A stretch of 64,000 nucleotides of DNA from Anaeromyxobacteraceae bacterium (GTDB lineage Bacteria > Myxococcota > Myxococcia > Myxococcales > Anaeromyxobacteraceae). Of this stretch, positions 13,944 through 25,125 are shown one piece after another. The position numbers were made by a program, and so were the translations under genes. Location of the stretch: NCBI GenBank assembly GCA_032654565.1, contig JAULAX010000002.1:96001-160000 (forward strand), read 5' to 3'. Under the pieces are notes generated by a model that had not been told where the DNA came from, searched no databases, and saw only the letters and a list, made by a program, of their open reading frames with translations. Each line of letters starts with the position of its first letter. The stretch's first letter is position 1.

Positions 13944-14093
13944 GGAGTTCCTGGGGGTGGCGCGGGTGCTGTCGGTCGGGGAGGCGCGATTGTGGCGCAG
14001 GTCCAACTCTCCCGCCACCCCAAATGGAGCGCCGGTTTTCTGCTACACGTTGGGGAGCCCCGGACCCGCCCCGGGGCCAGCCAAAGGAAGGGC

Positions 14094-15206
14094 ATGCGAC
14101 GCCTCGCACTGCTGGCCGCCGTCTCCATCGCCACCGCCGTCCCCGCCGCCCGCGCCGCCGACCTCAACGATGGGCTGCTCTCCATCCACGGCGACGGCGC
14201 CTGGTCGTACCAGCGGAGCAGCCACGGCAACGGTTACCTGGAGGCCACCCCGATCGGCAACTACGACACCGCCTCCTTCAACCTGCTGGTGGCGGTCCGG
14301 CCCAGCCCCGGGATCACCTTCAACGCCTACCTCGAGTTCGACCCCGACCACGTCGGGCTGGAGTGGATGTTCGTGGAGTGGCGGGTGAGCGACCGGCTCC
14401 GGCTGCGGGCCGGACGGATCAAGCAGCCCATCGGCAACTCCGGCGAGCTGCAGTACGCCGGCACCACCCGCCCCTTCTACGAGCTGGCCACCAGCATCTA
14501 CGGCCCGGCCAACATCGTGGCCACCTCCTTCCTGGGCGCCGGCGCCACCGGCGCCTTCACCGCCGCCTCCGGCTGGACCCTCGCCTACGACGCCTACGCC
14601 GGCGCCCTCAAGCTCTCCGAGCTGGAGACCTACCGGGCCCTGGAGGTGCCGGCGCCGCCCCGGCTCGCCGACCCCGTGACCGTGGACCGGCAGCAGGTGC
14701 GGGAGATCCTCGGCGGCCGCCTCTCGCTCACCTCGCCCTTCGACCTGACGCTGCGGCTCTCCGGGTATGGCGGGCGGCTGCGCAAGGACGAGGTCCGGCA
14801 GGTCACCTTCCTGGTCGGCGGCCTCTCGGCCCAGTACCAGCTGGGCCGGCTCAAGCTCGACGCCGAGCTCTTCGTCAGCGACGAGGTGGGCATCGAGCGG
14901 GCCCTGGGGACCGCCCTGACCGCGGCCTGGTCCTTCGACGACCACTGGCAGCTGGCGGCGCGGCTGGAGGGGCACCAGACCTGGGTCGCCAACATCACCG
15001 GCGGCTCCCCGCTGCTGCGCCACCGCGAGGGGGCGCTGGGCCTCAACTACTGGTTCACGCCGGCGCTGGTGGTGAAGGGATCGCTCCACCGGATCAGCGG
15101 CAACCACTTCGCCTTCCCCGGGGACGCCACCGCCCAGGGGCTGGTCACCACCCCCCCGGCCGGCCAGACCACGCTGTTCATCCTCGGCGTCCAGTTCGCC
15201 TTCTAG
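14094..15206 (+). CDS. Outer-membrane beta-barrel (porin-like) protein
   Basis: Signal peptide; LEWMFVEW..LRLRAGRIKQPIG; amphipathic beta strands; C-terminal GVQFAF. Confidence 0.75.
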   Translation: MRRLALLAAVSIATAVPAARAADLNDGLLSIHGDGAWSYQRSSHGNGYLEATPIGNYDTASFNLLVAVRPSPGITFNAYLEFDPDHVGLEWMFVEWRVSDRLRLRAGRIKQPIGNSGELQYAGTTRPFYELATSIYGPANIVATSFLGAGATGAFTAASGWTLAYDAYAGALKLSELETYRALEVPAPPRLADPVTVDRQQVREILGGRLSLTSPFDLTLRLSGYGGRLRKDEVRQVTFLVGGLSAQYQLGRLKLDAELFVSDEVGIERALGTALTAAWSFDDHWQLAARLEGHQTWVANITGGSPLLRHREGALGLNYWFTPALVVKGSLHRISGNHFAFPGDATAQGLVTTPPAGQTTLFILGVQFAF

Positions 15207-15216
15207 CGCCAGCCCG

Positions 15217-15669
15217 ATGACCCGCCCGCTCCCGCGCCTCGCCGCCCTCGCCGCCCTCGCGGCCCTCGCGGCGCTCGCGACCGGACCGGCCCGGGGCGCC
15301 GAGCCGACCTTCCTGGTGGTGGCCCATCCGGCGGTGGCGGTGGCCGAGCTGCCCCGGGCCCAGCTCTCCCGCCTCTTCCTCAAGAAGGACACCCAGTGGC
15401 CGGACGGCTCGACGGTGCGACCGGTGGAGCCGCTCGACCCCGGTGTGCGCGAGGCCTTCGCCCGCCAGGTGCACCAGCGCAGCGCCGCCGCCATCACCGC
15501 CTACTGGAACGCGCTGATCTTCGCCGGTCGCGAGCTGCCGCCGCTGGAGAAGGCCAGCGACGCCGACGTGCTGGCCTACGTGCGGGCCACGCCCGGCGCC
15601 ATCGGCTACGTCTCGGCCGGGGCCGACACCGCCGGGGCCAGGATCGTCGCGGTGGGGCGGACCCCGTGA
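15217..15669 (+). CDS. Small periplasmic substrate-binding-like protein (single-lobe PstS-like family)
   Basis: Signal peptide; [19 protein letters not shown] and [11 protein letters not shown]. Confidence 0.8.
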   Translation: MTRPLPRLAALAALAALAALATGPARGAEPTFLVVAHPAVAVAELPRAQLSRLFLKKDTQWPDGSTVRPVEPLDPGVREAFARQVHQRSAAAITAYWNALIFAGRELPPLEKASDADVLAYVRATPGAIGYVSAGADTAGARIVAVGRTP

Positions 15670-17276
15670 TCCGGCGCGGGCTCAAGTTCCGCCACCGCAT
15701 GGTGCTGCCCGCGCTCTTCCTGGTGCTGGCCGCCGCCGCGGCCAGCCTGGCGTCGGCGACGGTGTCGCGCCAGGCCTCGCTGGAGCTGACCCGCGTCGAG
15801 CAGGTCCACGCCCCCACCCTGGAGGCCTCGCGCGACCTCGAGGCCATGCTGATCCGGCTGCACCAGGTCTTCGCCGAGACCGCCGCCACCGAGGACTCCA
15901 CCGGGCTGGACGCCGCCGACCGGCTCCGCGACCAGATGGTGCAGCGGCTGGCGCCCGGCCGCGGCGCCGTCGAGGCCACCCGGACCCTGGCGGTGCTCCA
16001 CCGCGAGATCGAGGACTACCACCGGGTGGCGCGCGAGGCGACCTCGCGGCTCATCAAGCGCGAGGGGCGCGAGGGGATCACCCCCCTGCTGGCTGGCATG
16101 ACCGCCAGCCACGAGCGGCTCCGTGACGACCTCTCCGAGCAGACCTCCCGCTCCCGCGAGGCCATGACGGCCGGCTTCGAGGCGGCCCGCCGGCTCCAGC
16201 TCCGGGCCACGGTGCTGGGCGCCGGCATCCTGCTGGCCGCCGCCCTGCTGGCCGCCGCCCTGGCCTGGTGGCTGGCCGCCGACCTCTCCCGGCCGCTGGA
16301 GGCGCTGGAGCGGGCGGCGCGGCGCATCGCCGAGGGCGACCTGACCGTGCCGGTGGTGGTGGGCCGGCACGACGAGGTGGGGGCGCTGGCCGCCAGCTTC
16401 GACCGCATGACCCGCCGCCTCCGCGAGATCCTCACCACCCTGCGCGACTCGGCCGCCGACCTGACCCGGTCGGCCGCCGACCTGGAGCAGCTCACCGCCG
16501 CCCAGACCCGGCTCCTGGAGCGGCAGGCCACCGGCGTCTCGCAGACCACCACCACCACCCGCGAGCTCGACCAGGCCTCCGCGGTGGCCGCCAGCCGGGC
16601 CAGCGAGGTGCTGCAGGTGGCCCACCGCGCCGCCGCCGCCAGCGCCGCCGGGCAGGACTCGGCGCAGCGCTCCATCGCCGGCATCGAGCAGATCCAGGAG
16701 GCGGTGGCGCTGATCGTCTCGCAGAGCACGCTGGCGCTCGACAAGGCCCGCGCCGTGGCCGAGGTGGTGCAGACCGTCAAGGACCTGGCCACCCGCTCCC
16801 ACGTGCTCTCGCTCAACGCCTCCATCGAGGCGATCCGGGCCGGCGAGGCGGGGCGCGGCTTCGCGGTGGTGGCGGCCGAGGTCCGGGCCCTCTCCGAGCA
16901 GTCGGCCGAGGCGGCGGCGCGCATCGGCAAGATGGTGGAGGCCAGCCTGGAGGCCATCCAGTCGACGCTGACCCTCACCGAGGCCTCCCGCCGCGGCATG
17001 GAGGGGAGCCTCGGCGAGGTGCGGGCCTCGGGGCTGCGGCTCGGCGAGATCGGCGCCATCGTCAAGGAGACCGGCGACGCCGCCCAGCAGATCGCCACCG
17101 TGGTGCAGCAGCAGTCGCTGGGGGTCGGCCAGATCGCCGGCGCCATGCGCGAACTGGACGCCGGGATGGAGGAGACCCTGGCCCGGATCCAGGTGCTGGA
17201 CCAGGCCGCCGCCCACCTGCAGGGGACGGCGGCCCGCATCTCCGAGCTGGTGGGTGGCTTCCGGCTCGACGGGTAG
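15666..17276 (+). CDS. Methyl-accepting chemotaxis protein with a periplasmic sensor and HAMP domain
   Basis: Two TM helices; HAMP (IAEGDLT...[13 protein letters not shown]); canonical tip [33 protein letters not shown] start overlaps the previous stop. Confidence 0.9.
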   Translation: MIRRGLKFRHRMVLPALFLVLAAAAASLASATVSRQASLELTRVEQVHAPTLEASRDLEAMLIRLHQVFAETAATEDSTGLDAADRLRDQMVQRLAPGRGAVEATRTLAVLHREIEDYHRVAREATSRLIKREGREGITPLLAGMTASHERLRDDLSEQTSRSREAMTAGFEAARRLQLRATVLGAGILLAAALLAAALAWWLAADLSRPLEALERAARRIAEGDLTVPVVVGRHDEVGALAASFDRMTRRLREILTTLRDSAADLTRSAADLEQLTAAQTRLLERQATGVSQTTTTTRELDQASAVAASRASEVLQVAHRAAAASAAGQDSAQRSIAGIEQIQEAVALIVSQSTLALDKARAVAEVVQTVKDLATRSHVLSLNASIEAIRAGEAGRGFAVVAAEVRALSEQSAEAAARIGKMVEASLEAIQSTLTLTEASRRGMEGSLGEVRASGLRLGEIGAIVKETGDAAQQIATVVQQQSLGVGQIAGAMRELDAGMEETLARIQVLDQAAAHLQGTAARISELVGGFRLDG

Positions 17277-17342
17277 CCCTCGCCCCGCCGCGGGCGCCAC
17301 CCTTCCGCGCCGCCGCCCCCCACGATAGGTTGCCGCCCTCAC

Positions 17343-19883
17343 ATGACCGCTCCCCCCACCGCGCCGCTGGCCGCCCTGCTCCCCGCGCCCGGGGAGACGC
17401 TGGCCGCCGACGCCGTCCTCGACCGCTTCCTCGGCTGGGTGTCCGGCACCGGCCTCACCCTCTACCCGCACCAGGAGGAGGCGCTGCTCCACCTGCTCGA
17501 CGGGCGCCACGTGGTGCTGGCCACGCCGACCGGCTCGGGCAAGTCGCTGGTGGCCACCTTCCTGCACTTCAAGGCGCTCTGCGAGGGGCGGCGCAGCTTC
17601 TACACCTGCCCCATCAAGGCGCTGGTCAACGAGAAGTTCTTCGACCTGTGCCGGCTCTTCGGCCCGGAGCGGGTCGGGATGATGACTGGCGACGGCGCCG
17701 TCAACCGCGACGCCCCCATCCTCTGCTGCACCGCCGAGATCCTCATGAACGTGGCGGTGCGCGAGAAGACCCTGCGCGACGACGCCATCGTCATGGACGA
17801 GTTCCACTACTACGGCGACCGCGACCGCGGCGTGGCCTGGCAGGTGCCGCTGCTGGCCCTGGAGAAGGCCACCTTCCTGCTGATGTCGGCCACCCTGGGC
17901 GACACCACCGCCATCGAGGCCTCGCTGCAGGAGGTCACCGGGCGGAAGGTGTCGGCGGTCCGCTCCGCCGACCGGCCGGTGCCGCTGGAGTTCTCCTGGT
18001 GCGAGACCCCGCTGCACGAGACCCTGGAGGCGCTGGTCGGCGCCAACCGGGCGCCGGTCTACCTGGTCAACTTCACCCAGCGGGCCGCCGCCGAGCAGGC
18101 CCAGAACCTGATGAGCGCCACCTTCTCGTCCAAGGAGGAGAAGGAGGCGATCCGGGTGGCGCTGGACGGGTTCCGCTTCGACTCCCCCTACGGCAAGGAG
18201 CTGCAGCGCTTCCTGCGCCACGGCGTCGGCCTGCACCACGCCGGGCTGCTGCCCAAGTACCGGCTGCTCACCGAGAAGCTGGCCCAGCAGGGGCTGCTCA
18301 AGGTGGTCTCCGGCACCGACACCCTGGGCATGGGGGTGAACATCCCCATCCGCACCGTGGTCTTCACCCAGCTCTGCAAGTTCGACGGCGAGAAGACGCT
18401 GGTGCTGCCGGCCCGCGACTTCCACCAGATCTCCGGCCGGGCCGGGCGCAAGGGGTTCGACGACCGCGGCTACGTGGTGGCCCAGGCCCCCGAGCACGTG
18501 GTGGAGAACAAGCGGCTCGAGGAGAGGGCCAAGGCCGGCAAGAAGGTGGTCAAGAAGCAGCCGCCCACCAAGGGCTACGTCCACTTCGACCGGCTCACCT
18601 TCGAGCGGCTGCAGCAGAAGGAGCCGGAGCCGCTGCAGAGCCGCTTCGAGCCCTCCTTCACGCTGCTGGTCAACCTGCTGCAGAGCGAGACCTCCGAGCG
18701 CGGCGGCGGCTACGGGCGGCTGGTGCGGCTCATCGCCCGCTCCCACGGCACCGACGTCCTCAAGCACCGCCACCGGGTGGCGGCGGCGCAGCGGCTCCGC
18801 ACCCTGTTCTCGGCCGGGCTGGTGCGGCGGGAGCGGATCGACGGCTACCGGGGGGCCTGGCTGCGCCCCGCCGAGGGGCTGCAGAAGGACTTCTCGCTCT
18901 TCCACACCCTCTCGCTCTACCTGCTCGACACCCTGCCGAAGCTGCCGCGCGACTCGGAGACCTACGCCCTCGACGTCCTCTCCATGGTCGAGTCGATCCT
19001 GGAGAACCCCGACCAGGTGCTCTGGAAGCAGCTCGACCGGGCCCGCGGCGACGCCGTGGCCCGCATGAAGGCCGAGGGGATCGAGTACGACGAGCGGATG
19101 AAGGCGCTGGAGGAGGTGGAGTACCCCAAGCCCAACCGCGACTTCGTCTACGCCACCTTCAACGAGTTCGCCGACAAGCACCCCTGGGTGGGGGCCGAGA
19201 ACATCCGGCCCAAGTCGGTGGCCCGGGAGATGGCCGAGCGGTTCATGACCTTCGGCGAGTACGTGCGCGAGTACGAGCTGCCCCGCTCCGAGGGGCTGCT
19301 GCTGCGCTACCTGACCGAGACCTACAAGACCCTGGTGCAGTCGGTGCCGGCCGGCTACCGCGACGAGACCGTCGACGACCTGATCGCCTTCCTGCGCACC
19401 ACGGTGCGCGGCGTCGACTCGTCGCTGCTCGACGAGTGGGAGCGGCTGCGCGACCCGTCGTACCAGGCGGCGCCCCTGGAGGCGCTGACGCGGCCGGTGG
19501 CCCCGCCGCCCATCTGGGCCGACCCCCGGGCCTTCGCGGCGCGGCTGCGGACCGAGCTGCACCGGCTGGTGGCGGCGCTGGCCCGCACCGACTGGGTGGC
19601 GGCCGCCGAGGCGCTGGCCGACCCGGCCGACTGGCCGCCGGCGCGGCTGGAGGCGGAGCTGGCCCCGTACTTCGCCGAGCACGACCGGATCGACCAGACC
19701 CCGGCCGCCCGCAAGCCGCACCAGACCTTCATCCGGGAGCTGGCGCCGCGCCAGTGGGAGGCGGTGCAGCGGCTGGTCGACGAGACCGGCGAGGTGGACT
19801 GGATGGTCCAGTGCCAGGTGGACCTGACCGGCCCGTTCGATCCCGACCGGCCGCTGCTGACGCTGCTGCGCATCGGGACCTGA
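17343..19883 (+). CDS. Ski2-like DEAD/DEAH-box helicase with a DUF3516-type C-terminus
   Basis: TPTGSGKS, PIKAL, MDEFHY, MSAT, HHAGLL, TDTLGMGVN and QISGRAGRKG. Confidence 0.92.
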   Translation: MTAPPTAPLAALLPAPGETLAADAVLDRFLGWVSGTGLTLYPHQEEALLHLLDGRHVVLATPTGSGKSLVATFLHFKALCEGRRSFYTCPIKALVNEKFFDLCRLFGPERVGMMTGDGAVNRDAPILCCTAEILMNVAVREKTLRDDAIVMDEFHYYGDRDRGVAWQVPLLALEKATFLLMSATLGDTTAIEASLQEVTGRKVSAVRSADRPVPLEFSWCETPLHETLEALVGANRAPVYLVNFTQRAAAEQAQNLMSATFSSKEEKEAIRVALDGFRFDSPYGKELQRFLRHGVGLHHAGLLPKYRLLTEKLAQQGLLKVVSGTDTLGMGVNIPIRTVVFTQLCKFDGEKTLVLPARDFHQISGRAGRKGFDDRGYVVAQAPEHVVENKRLEERAKAGKKVVKKQPPTKGYVHFDRLTFERLQQKEPEPLQSRFEPSFTLLVNLLQSETSERGGGYGRLVRLIARSHGTDVLKHRHRVAAAQRLRTLFSAGLVRRERIDGYRGAWLRPAEGLQKDFSLFHTLSLYLLDTLPKLPRDSETYALDVLSMVESILENPDQVLWKQLDRARGDAVARMKAEGIEYDERMKALEEVEYPKPNRDFVYATFNEFADKHPWVGAENIRPKSVAREMAERFMTFGEYVREYELPRSEGLLLRYLTETYKTLVQSVPAGYRDETVDDLIAFLRTTVRGVDSSLLDEWERLRDPSYQAAPLEALTRPVAPPPIWADPRAFAARLRTELHRLVAALARTDWVAAAEALADPADWPPARLEAELAPYFAEHDRIDQTPAARKPHQTFIRELAPRQWEAVQRLVDETGEVDWMVQCQVDLTGPFDPDRPLLTLLRIGT

Positions 19884-20008
19884 GGCGGCTCCACGCGGGC
19901 GCTGGCTCCCGCCGGGAGCGGCGCCGGGGCGGCGCGCCGACGGGTGTGGCGGCCGGCCGCGCTCCTCCGTTGACTTCGAGGTCGCGACGGCGGATACCTG
20001 CGCCTCCA

Positions 20009-20371
20009 ATGGAAACGGACAGCCTCACCATCGGCGCCAAGCGACGCTGGCCTCGCGGCCAGAAGTTCTCGCTCTCGGCGGCCGGCGAGATCGCCGACCA
20101 GCTCCACCGCGACACCGTCAACGGCGCCCGCAGCAGCGGCCGCTCCTCGCTCGACGCGGCCCTGGCCGCCTGGGCGGCGCCCTTCGGCGTCCAGGCCGGC
20201 GACGGCCTGCTGCTCAGCGAGCTGCGCGGGCAGCGGCGCGGCCTCAACGACCTGGTCCGGGCCCTGGAGAGCAGCGGCATCGAGCCGGCGGCGGTCAAGT
20301 CGGCCATGGACCGGCTGGTGCAGGCCGGGCTGGCCGAGCCGGCCCCGGCGTCGCCGGCCAGCGCCCCCTGA
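20009..20371 (+). CDS. Hypothetical protein (120 aa), possible winged-helix C-terminus
   Basis: ATG start METDSLTIGAK; fills the gap between neighbouring genes; C-terminus LNDLVRALESSGIEPAAVKSAMDRLVQAGL. Confidence 0.65.
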   Translation: METDSLTIGAKRRWPRGQKFSLSAAGEIADQLHRDTVNGARSSGRSSLDAALAAWAAPFGVQAGDGLLLSELRGQRRGLNDLVRALESSGIEPAAVKSAMDRLVQAGLAEPAPASPASAP

Positions 20372-20385
20372 CGGAGACCCGGGGC

Positions 20386-21447
20386 ATGTCGTCCCCTCCC
20401 CTCGCGCTTCGCACCCTGGCCCCGCCGCTGCTGGCGCTGGCGCTGCTCCTGTCCGGCTGCGGGCGGGTCGGCCACGGCTCGCCGGAGCTGCCGGGGGCCA
20501 CCCCCATCACCGCGCCGGCGGAGACCTGGACCTGGATCCCGGTCCCCGGCGCCGCCTGCGGCAACGGCGCCGCCACCGGCTTCGGCGTCAACCTCACCGG
20601 CCGCAGCAGCGACGTGGTGGTCTACTTCCAGGGGGGCGGGGCCTGCTGGGACCAGCTCACCTGCCTGGAGCTGCGCAGCGCCAGGGCCGTCGAGTCCGGC
20701 TACGGGGCCGCCCAGTTCGCCGCCGAGGGCCAGCTGGCCCTGCCCGGCTTCAGCCGAACCGACCCCGGCGCCCCCTTCCGCGACGCCAGCCTGGTCCTCG
20801 TCCCCTACTGCACCGGCGACCTGCACGCCGGCACCGCGGTGAACAGCTACGGCGCCACCCGGGTCCACCACGTCGGCGGCCTCAACACCGGCCTCTTCCT
20901 GGAGAAGCTGGCCGCCACCTTCCCCGGCATGCGCCGGGTCTACGTCACCGGCAGCAGCGCCGGCGGCTACGCGGCGCAGCTCGCCTACGCCCGCTTCGCC
21001 GAGAGGCTCCCCCAGGCCGAGCTCCACCTGCTGGCCGACGGCGCCCAGGCCGTCCAGCCGGTCAACGGCAACTACCCGCTCTGGCTGGCGGCCTGGCGGC
21101 CGATCCTCCCCGCCGGCTGCACCGGCTGCGCCACCGACCTGACCGCCCTGCCGGCCTGGCTGGCCACCACCTACCCCGCCGGCCGCTTCGCCCTGACCGC
21201 CAACATGCAGGACGGCGTGCTCCAGTACTTCCTCGGCCTCTCCCCGGCCGGGATGTCGGCGGCCACCCGGTCGCTGCTCGACACCGCCTACGCCCCCACC
21301 GCCAACGCCAGGTGGTTCGCCGTCGACTCGGCCGGCCACACCATGCTGGGCAACCTCGCCACCACCGGCGCCGGCGGCGTGACGCTGCAGGACTGGCTGG
21401 CCCGCTGGTACGGCGGCGACCCGGCCTGGGCCAGCGTCGGGCCGTAG
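20386..21447 (+). CDS. Pectinacetylesterase-family hydrolase lipoprotein
   Basis: Lipobox LLSGC; YFQGGGACW, PYCTGDLHAG and nucleophile elbow GSSAGG. Confidence 0.88.
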   Translation: MSSPPLALRTLAPPLLALALLLSGCGRVGHGSPELPGATPITAPAETWTWIPVPGAACGNGAATGFGVNLTGRSSDVVVYFQGGGACWDQLTCLELRSARAVESGYGAAQFAAEGQLALPGFSRTDPGAPFRDASLVLVPYCTGDLHAGTAVNSYGATRVHHVGGLNTGLFLEKLAATFPGMRRVYVTGSSAGGYAAQLAYARFAERLPQAELHLLADGAQAVQPVNGNYPLWLAAWRPILPAGCTGCATDLTALPAWLATTYPAGRFALTANMQDGVLQYFLGLSPAGMSAATRSLLDTAYAPTANARWFAVDSAGHTMLGNLATTGAGGVTLQDWLARWYGGDPAWASVGP

Positions 21448-21520
21448 CGCACCTGCCCCCGACCCGGCGCGGTCGCCGCCACCGGCCTCGCCGGGACCGC
21501 TTGACGAACGTGACGGTATC

Positions 21521-21897
21521 TCAGTCGAGCCGGGTCCGCTCCGCCCGCTGCGCCGCCTGGTGCTTCTTCCCGGCCAGGCGCCGCTCCTGCGAGCCGCGGG
21601 TCGGCCGGGTCGGCCGCCGCCGCTTCGGCTCCACGCCCAGGGCCGCCAGCCGCTCGCGCAGCCGCTTCAGCGCCTCGCCGCGGTTCTGCGCCTGGCTGCG
21701 CCGCTCGGTGGCGGTGACCAGCACCCCGGTGGGCCGGTGCAGCAGCCGCACCCCGCTCTCGGTCTTGTTGCGGTGCTGCCCGCCCGGCCCGCCCGCGGTG
21801 TAGAAGGTCTCCTCGCACTCGGCCTGCAGCGCCGCCTCGGGCAGCCGCACCGCCCGGCGCGCCGCCGCCCGCAGCGCCGCCGGGACCACCGGGGCGG

Positions 21898-21901
<4 letters not shown>
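21521..21901 (-). CDS. arfB: ArfB/YaeJ-like ribosome rescue peptidyl-tRNA hydrolase (release-factor-like)
   Basis: [17 protein letters not shown] and a basic tail [19 protein letters not shown]. Confidence 0.8.
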
Positions 21902-22594
<693 letters not shown>

Positions 22595-22602
<8 letters not shown>

Positions 22603-23812
22603 CGCGGATCACCTGGGCCGGGTCGAGGCGGGCGGCGTGGCGGGCCGGGTACCAGGCCGAGACCAGGCCGGTCACCAGGGCCACGGCGCCGGCGGTGAGG
22701 AAGAGGCGCGGCGACAGGGCGATGGGGAAGAGCGACTCGCCGTAGGGGTTCTTCACGGCGTAGGCGAAGAAGGTGCAGAGGCCGGCGCCGATGACCCCGC
22801 CCAGCACCGAGCCGAACAGCCCCACCATCCCCCCCTCGATGAGGAAGATGCGCAGCACCGTGCCGGTGCGGGTGCCGGTGGCCTTGAGGATGCCGATCTC
22901 GCGGCTCTTCTGGATCACCGAGACCCCCAGCACCGAGGCGATGCCCAGCGCCACGGCGATGATCACGAAGGCCTGGATCATCACCGACGACGAGCTCTGC
23001 GCCTGCAGGCCGGTGAGCAGCTGCTGGTTGAGCTTCATCCAGCTGTCGGCGGTCAGGCCGGTCGCCGCCGAGAGCTCCTGGGCCAGGCGCTCGGCCTCGA
23101 ACACCTCGTCCACCTTGACCTCGATGGTGGTGATGCCCCCGTCCAGGTCGAGCAGGGTCTGGGCCTGGCGCAGCGAGACCAGCACCCAGCGCTGGTTCAC
23201 GTCCTTGTTGCCGACGTCGAAGATGCCGCTCACCGTGAAGACGTCGCCGCGCCCCTGCGGGGTGGCGAGCCGGAGCTTGTCGCCGACCTCGATCCCCAGG
23301 TCGTGGGCCAGCACCGTGCCGATCACCGCCTCGGTGCCGTCCACCTGGAAGCGCCCCACCTGGACGCGGGGGACGATCTTGATCACCTGGTCGAAGGTCT
23401 GCGGGTCGAGGCCGCGCAGCGCCACCGACCTGGAGAGCTCGCCGCGCGAGGCGAAGGCCGAGCCGGCCGCGGTGGGCGTGGCCGCGGTCACCCCCGGCGT
23501 GGCCCGGATCCGGCCGATCAGCGCCTGCCACTGCTCGATCGACTTCTCCCGCTCCGGGGTCTTCTCCACGCGGGCCGCCACCGCGGCGCCGTCCGGCGGC
23601 GCCACCACCCGGGCCACCCGGTCCGGCCGCTTCAGGAAGACGTGGGCCTGCGAGGAGAGGGTCTGGTCGATGAGCGTGGCCTGCAGCCCGCCGATCAGCC
23701 CGGAGAGGAAGATGATCACCGCCACGCCGATGGTGGTGCCGCCCAGGATCAGCGCGGTCTGCGCCTTTCCCTCCCGGAGGAAGCGGAGCGCCACGAACAG
23801 CTCGAAGGGCAT
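22595..23812 (-). CDS. ABC transporter permease (FtsX/MacB/LolE-like)
   Basis: N-terminal TM, large periplasmic loop, [10 protein letters not shown] and [10 protein letters not shown]. Confidence 0.9.
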
Positions 23813-23814
23813 GG

Positions 23815-25071
23815 CTACCTCGGCCCCGCACCCGGGGCCGGCACCGGCCGGGCCCGCACCCGCTCGCCCACGGCCACGAAGCCGGCCGCCGGGGCCACCA
23901 CCGCGTCGCCCGCGGCCAGCCCGCCGGCCAGCTCCACCAGGCCATCGCCGCGCATCCCCAGCGTCACCGGCTGCCGCTCGGCGTGGTGGCCGACGATGGC
24001 CAGCACCCAGGGGTCGCCGGTGGGATCGCGCAGCACCTCGGCGGGGAGCACCAGCGCCGCGTCGCGGCGCCCCACGTCGACGTTGATGGAGACGGTCATG
24101 TCGGCGCGCAGCACCGGGGGCGGCGCCGGCACCGAGAGGCGCACCTCGACGGTGCCGCGGGCGGGGTCCACCGAGGGGGCCAGCCAGGCCACCGCCGCCT
24201 CGAAGACCTGCCCCGGGAAGGCGTCGGCGCTGGCCCGGGCCGGCTGGCCGACCCGCAGCAGGGCCAGGTTCTTCTCGTCCACCTGCGCCGTCAGCTCGAG
24301 CGCCCCGTCGCTGGTCAGGGCGAGCAGGAGCTTGCCGGGCTGGACCACGTCGCCGGGCTCGACCTCGCGCCCCACCACCTGCCCGGGCGCCGGCGCCCGC
24401 AGCTCGGTCTCGGCCAGCCGCGAGGCCGCCACCGCCCGGGCCGCCTCGGCCTGGGACAGGGCGGCGAGGGCCAGCCGCTCGTCGGCCCCACCCGCCGAGG
24501 CGGCCTGGGCCAGCGCCGCGTCCCGCTGGCTGCGCGCCACCGCCAGCCCCCGCTCGGCGTCGTCCACGGCCTGGCGCGAGACGCTGCCGGCCTCGCCCAG
24601 CTGTCGGGCCCGGGCCAGGTCCGACTCGGCCTGGGCCACCCTCAGCTCGGCCTGGTGGAGCGCCTCGGCCGCCTGCCGGCCGGCCGCGCCGCGCACCTGC
24701 TCGAGGCGGGCCGCCGCCTCGGCCACCCGCCCCTGCGCCTGGCGGAGCGCCGCCGCCTGCTCGACGTCCTCCAGCCGGAGCAGGGGCTGGCCGCCGCTCA
24801 CCCGGTCCCCCTCGCGTACCAGCACGGCCCGGACCCGGCCCAGCGCCAGGCTGGCGACGGCGACCCGGGCCAGCGGCCGGACCCGCCCGGTGGCCACCAC
24901 CTTCTGCACCAGCGGCCGGGACTCGACGAGGTAGGCCGCCACCTCCCGCCCGCGCCAGGCGCGCAACGCGAGGAAGCCGGCGAGCAGCACCACCAGCCCG
25001 AGGGCGACACGGCGGGCGCGGGTGGCGACGAGGGCGCGGCCGAGGCGTCGGGCGAGGTCGGTGGGGTCCAT
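23815..25071 (-). CDS. Efflux periplasmic adaptor subunit (MacA/HlyD-like)
   Basis: N-terminal anchor, lipoyl halves (VREGDRV; APAPGQV...EPGDVV), alpha-hairpin and VDEKNL. Confidence 0.9.
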   Translation of the reverse strand: MDPTDLARRLGRALVATRARRVALGLVVLLAGFLALRAWRGREVAAYLVESRPLVQKVVATGRVRPLARVAVASLALGRVRAVLVREGDRVSGGQPLLRLEDVEQAAALRQAQGRVAEAAARLEQVRGAAGRQAAEALHQAELRVAQAESDLARARQLGEAGSVSRQAVDDAERGLAVARSQRDAALAQAASAGGADERLALAALSQAEAARAVAASRLAETELRAPAPGQVVGREVEPGDVVQPGKLLLALTSDGALELTAQVDEKNLALLRVGQPARASADAFPGQVFEAAVAWLAPSVDPARGTVEVRLSVPAPPPVLRADMTVSINVDVGRRDAALVLPAEVLRDPTGDPWVLAIVGHHAERQPVTLGMRGDGLVELAGGLAAGDAVVAPAAGFVAVGERVRARPVPAPGAGPR

Positions 25072-25125
25072 GCGGGCGTCGAGTCTATCCCGGGACCCGC
25101 GGAGACGCTGGAGTTCCCGGCCCCG

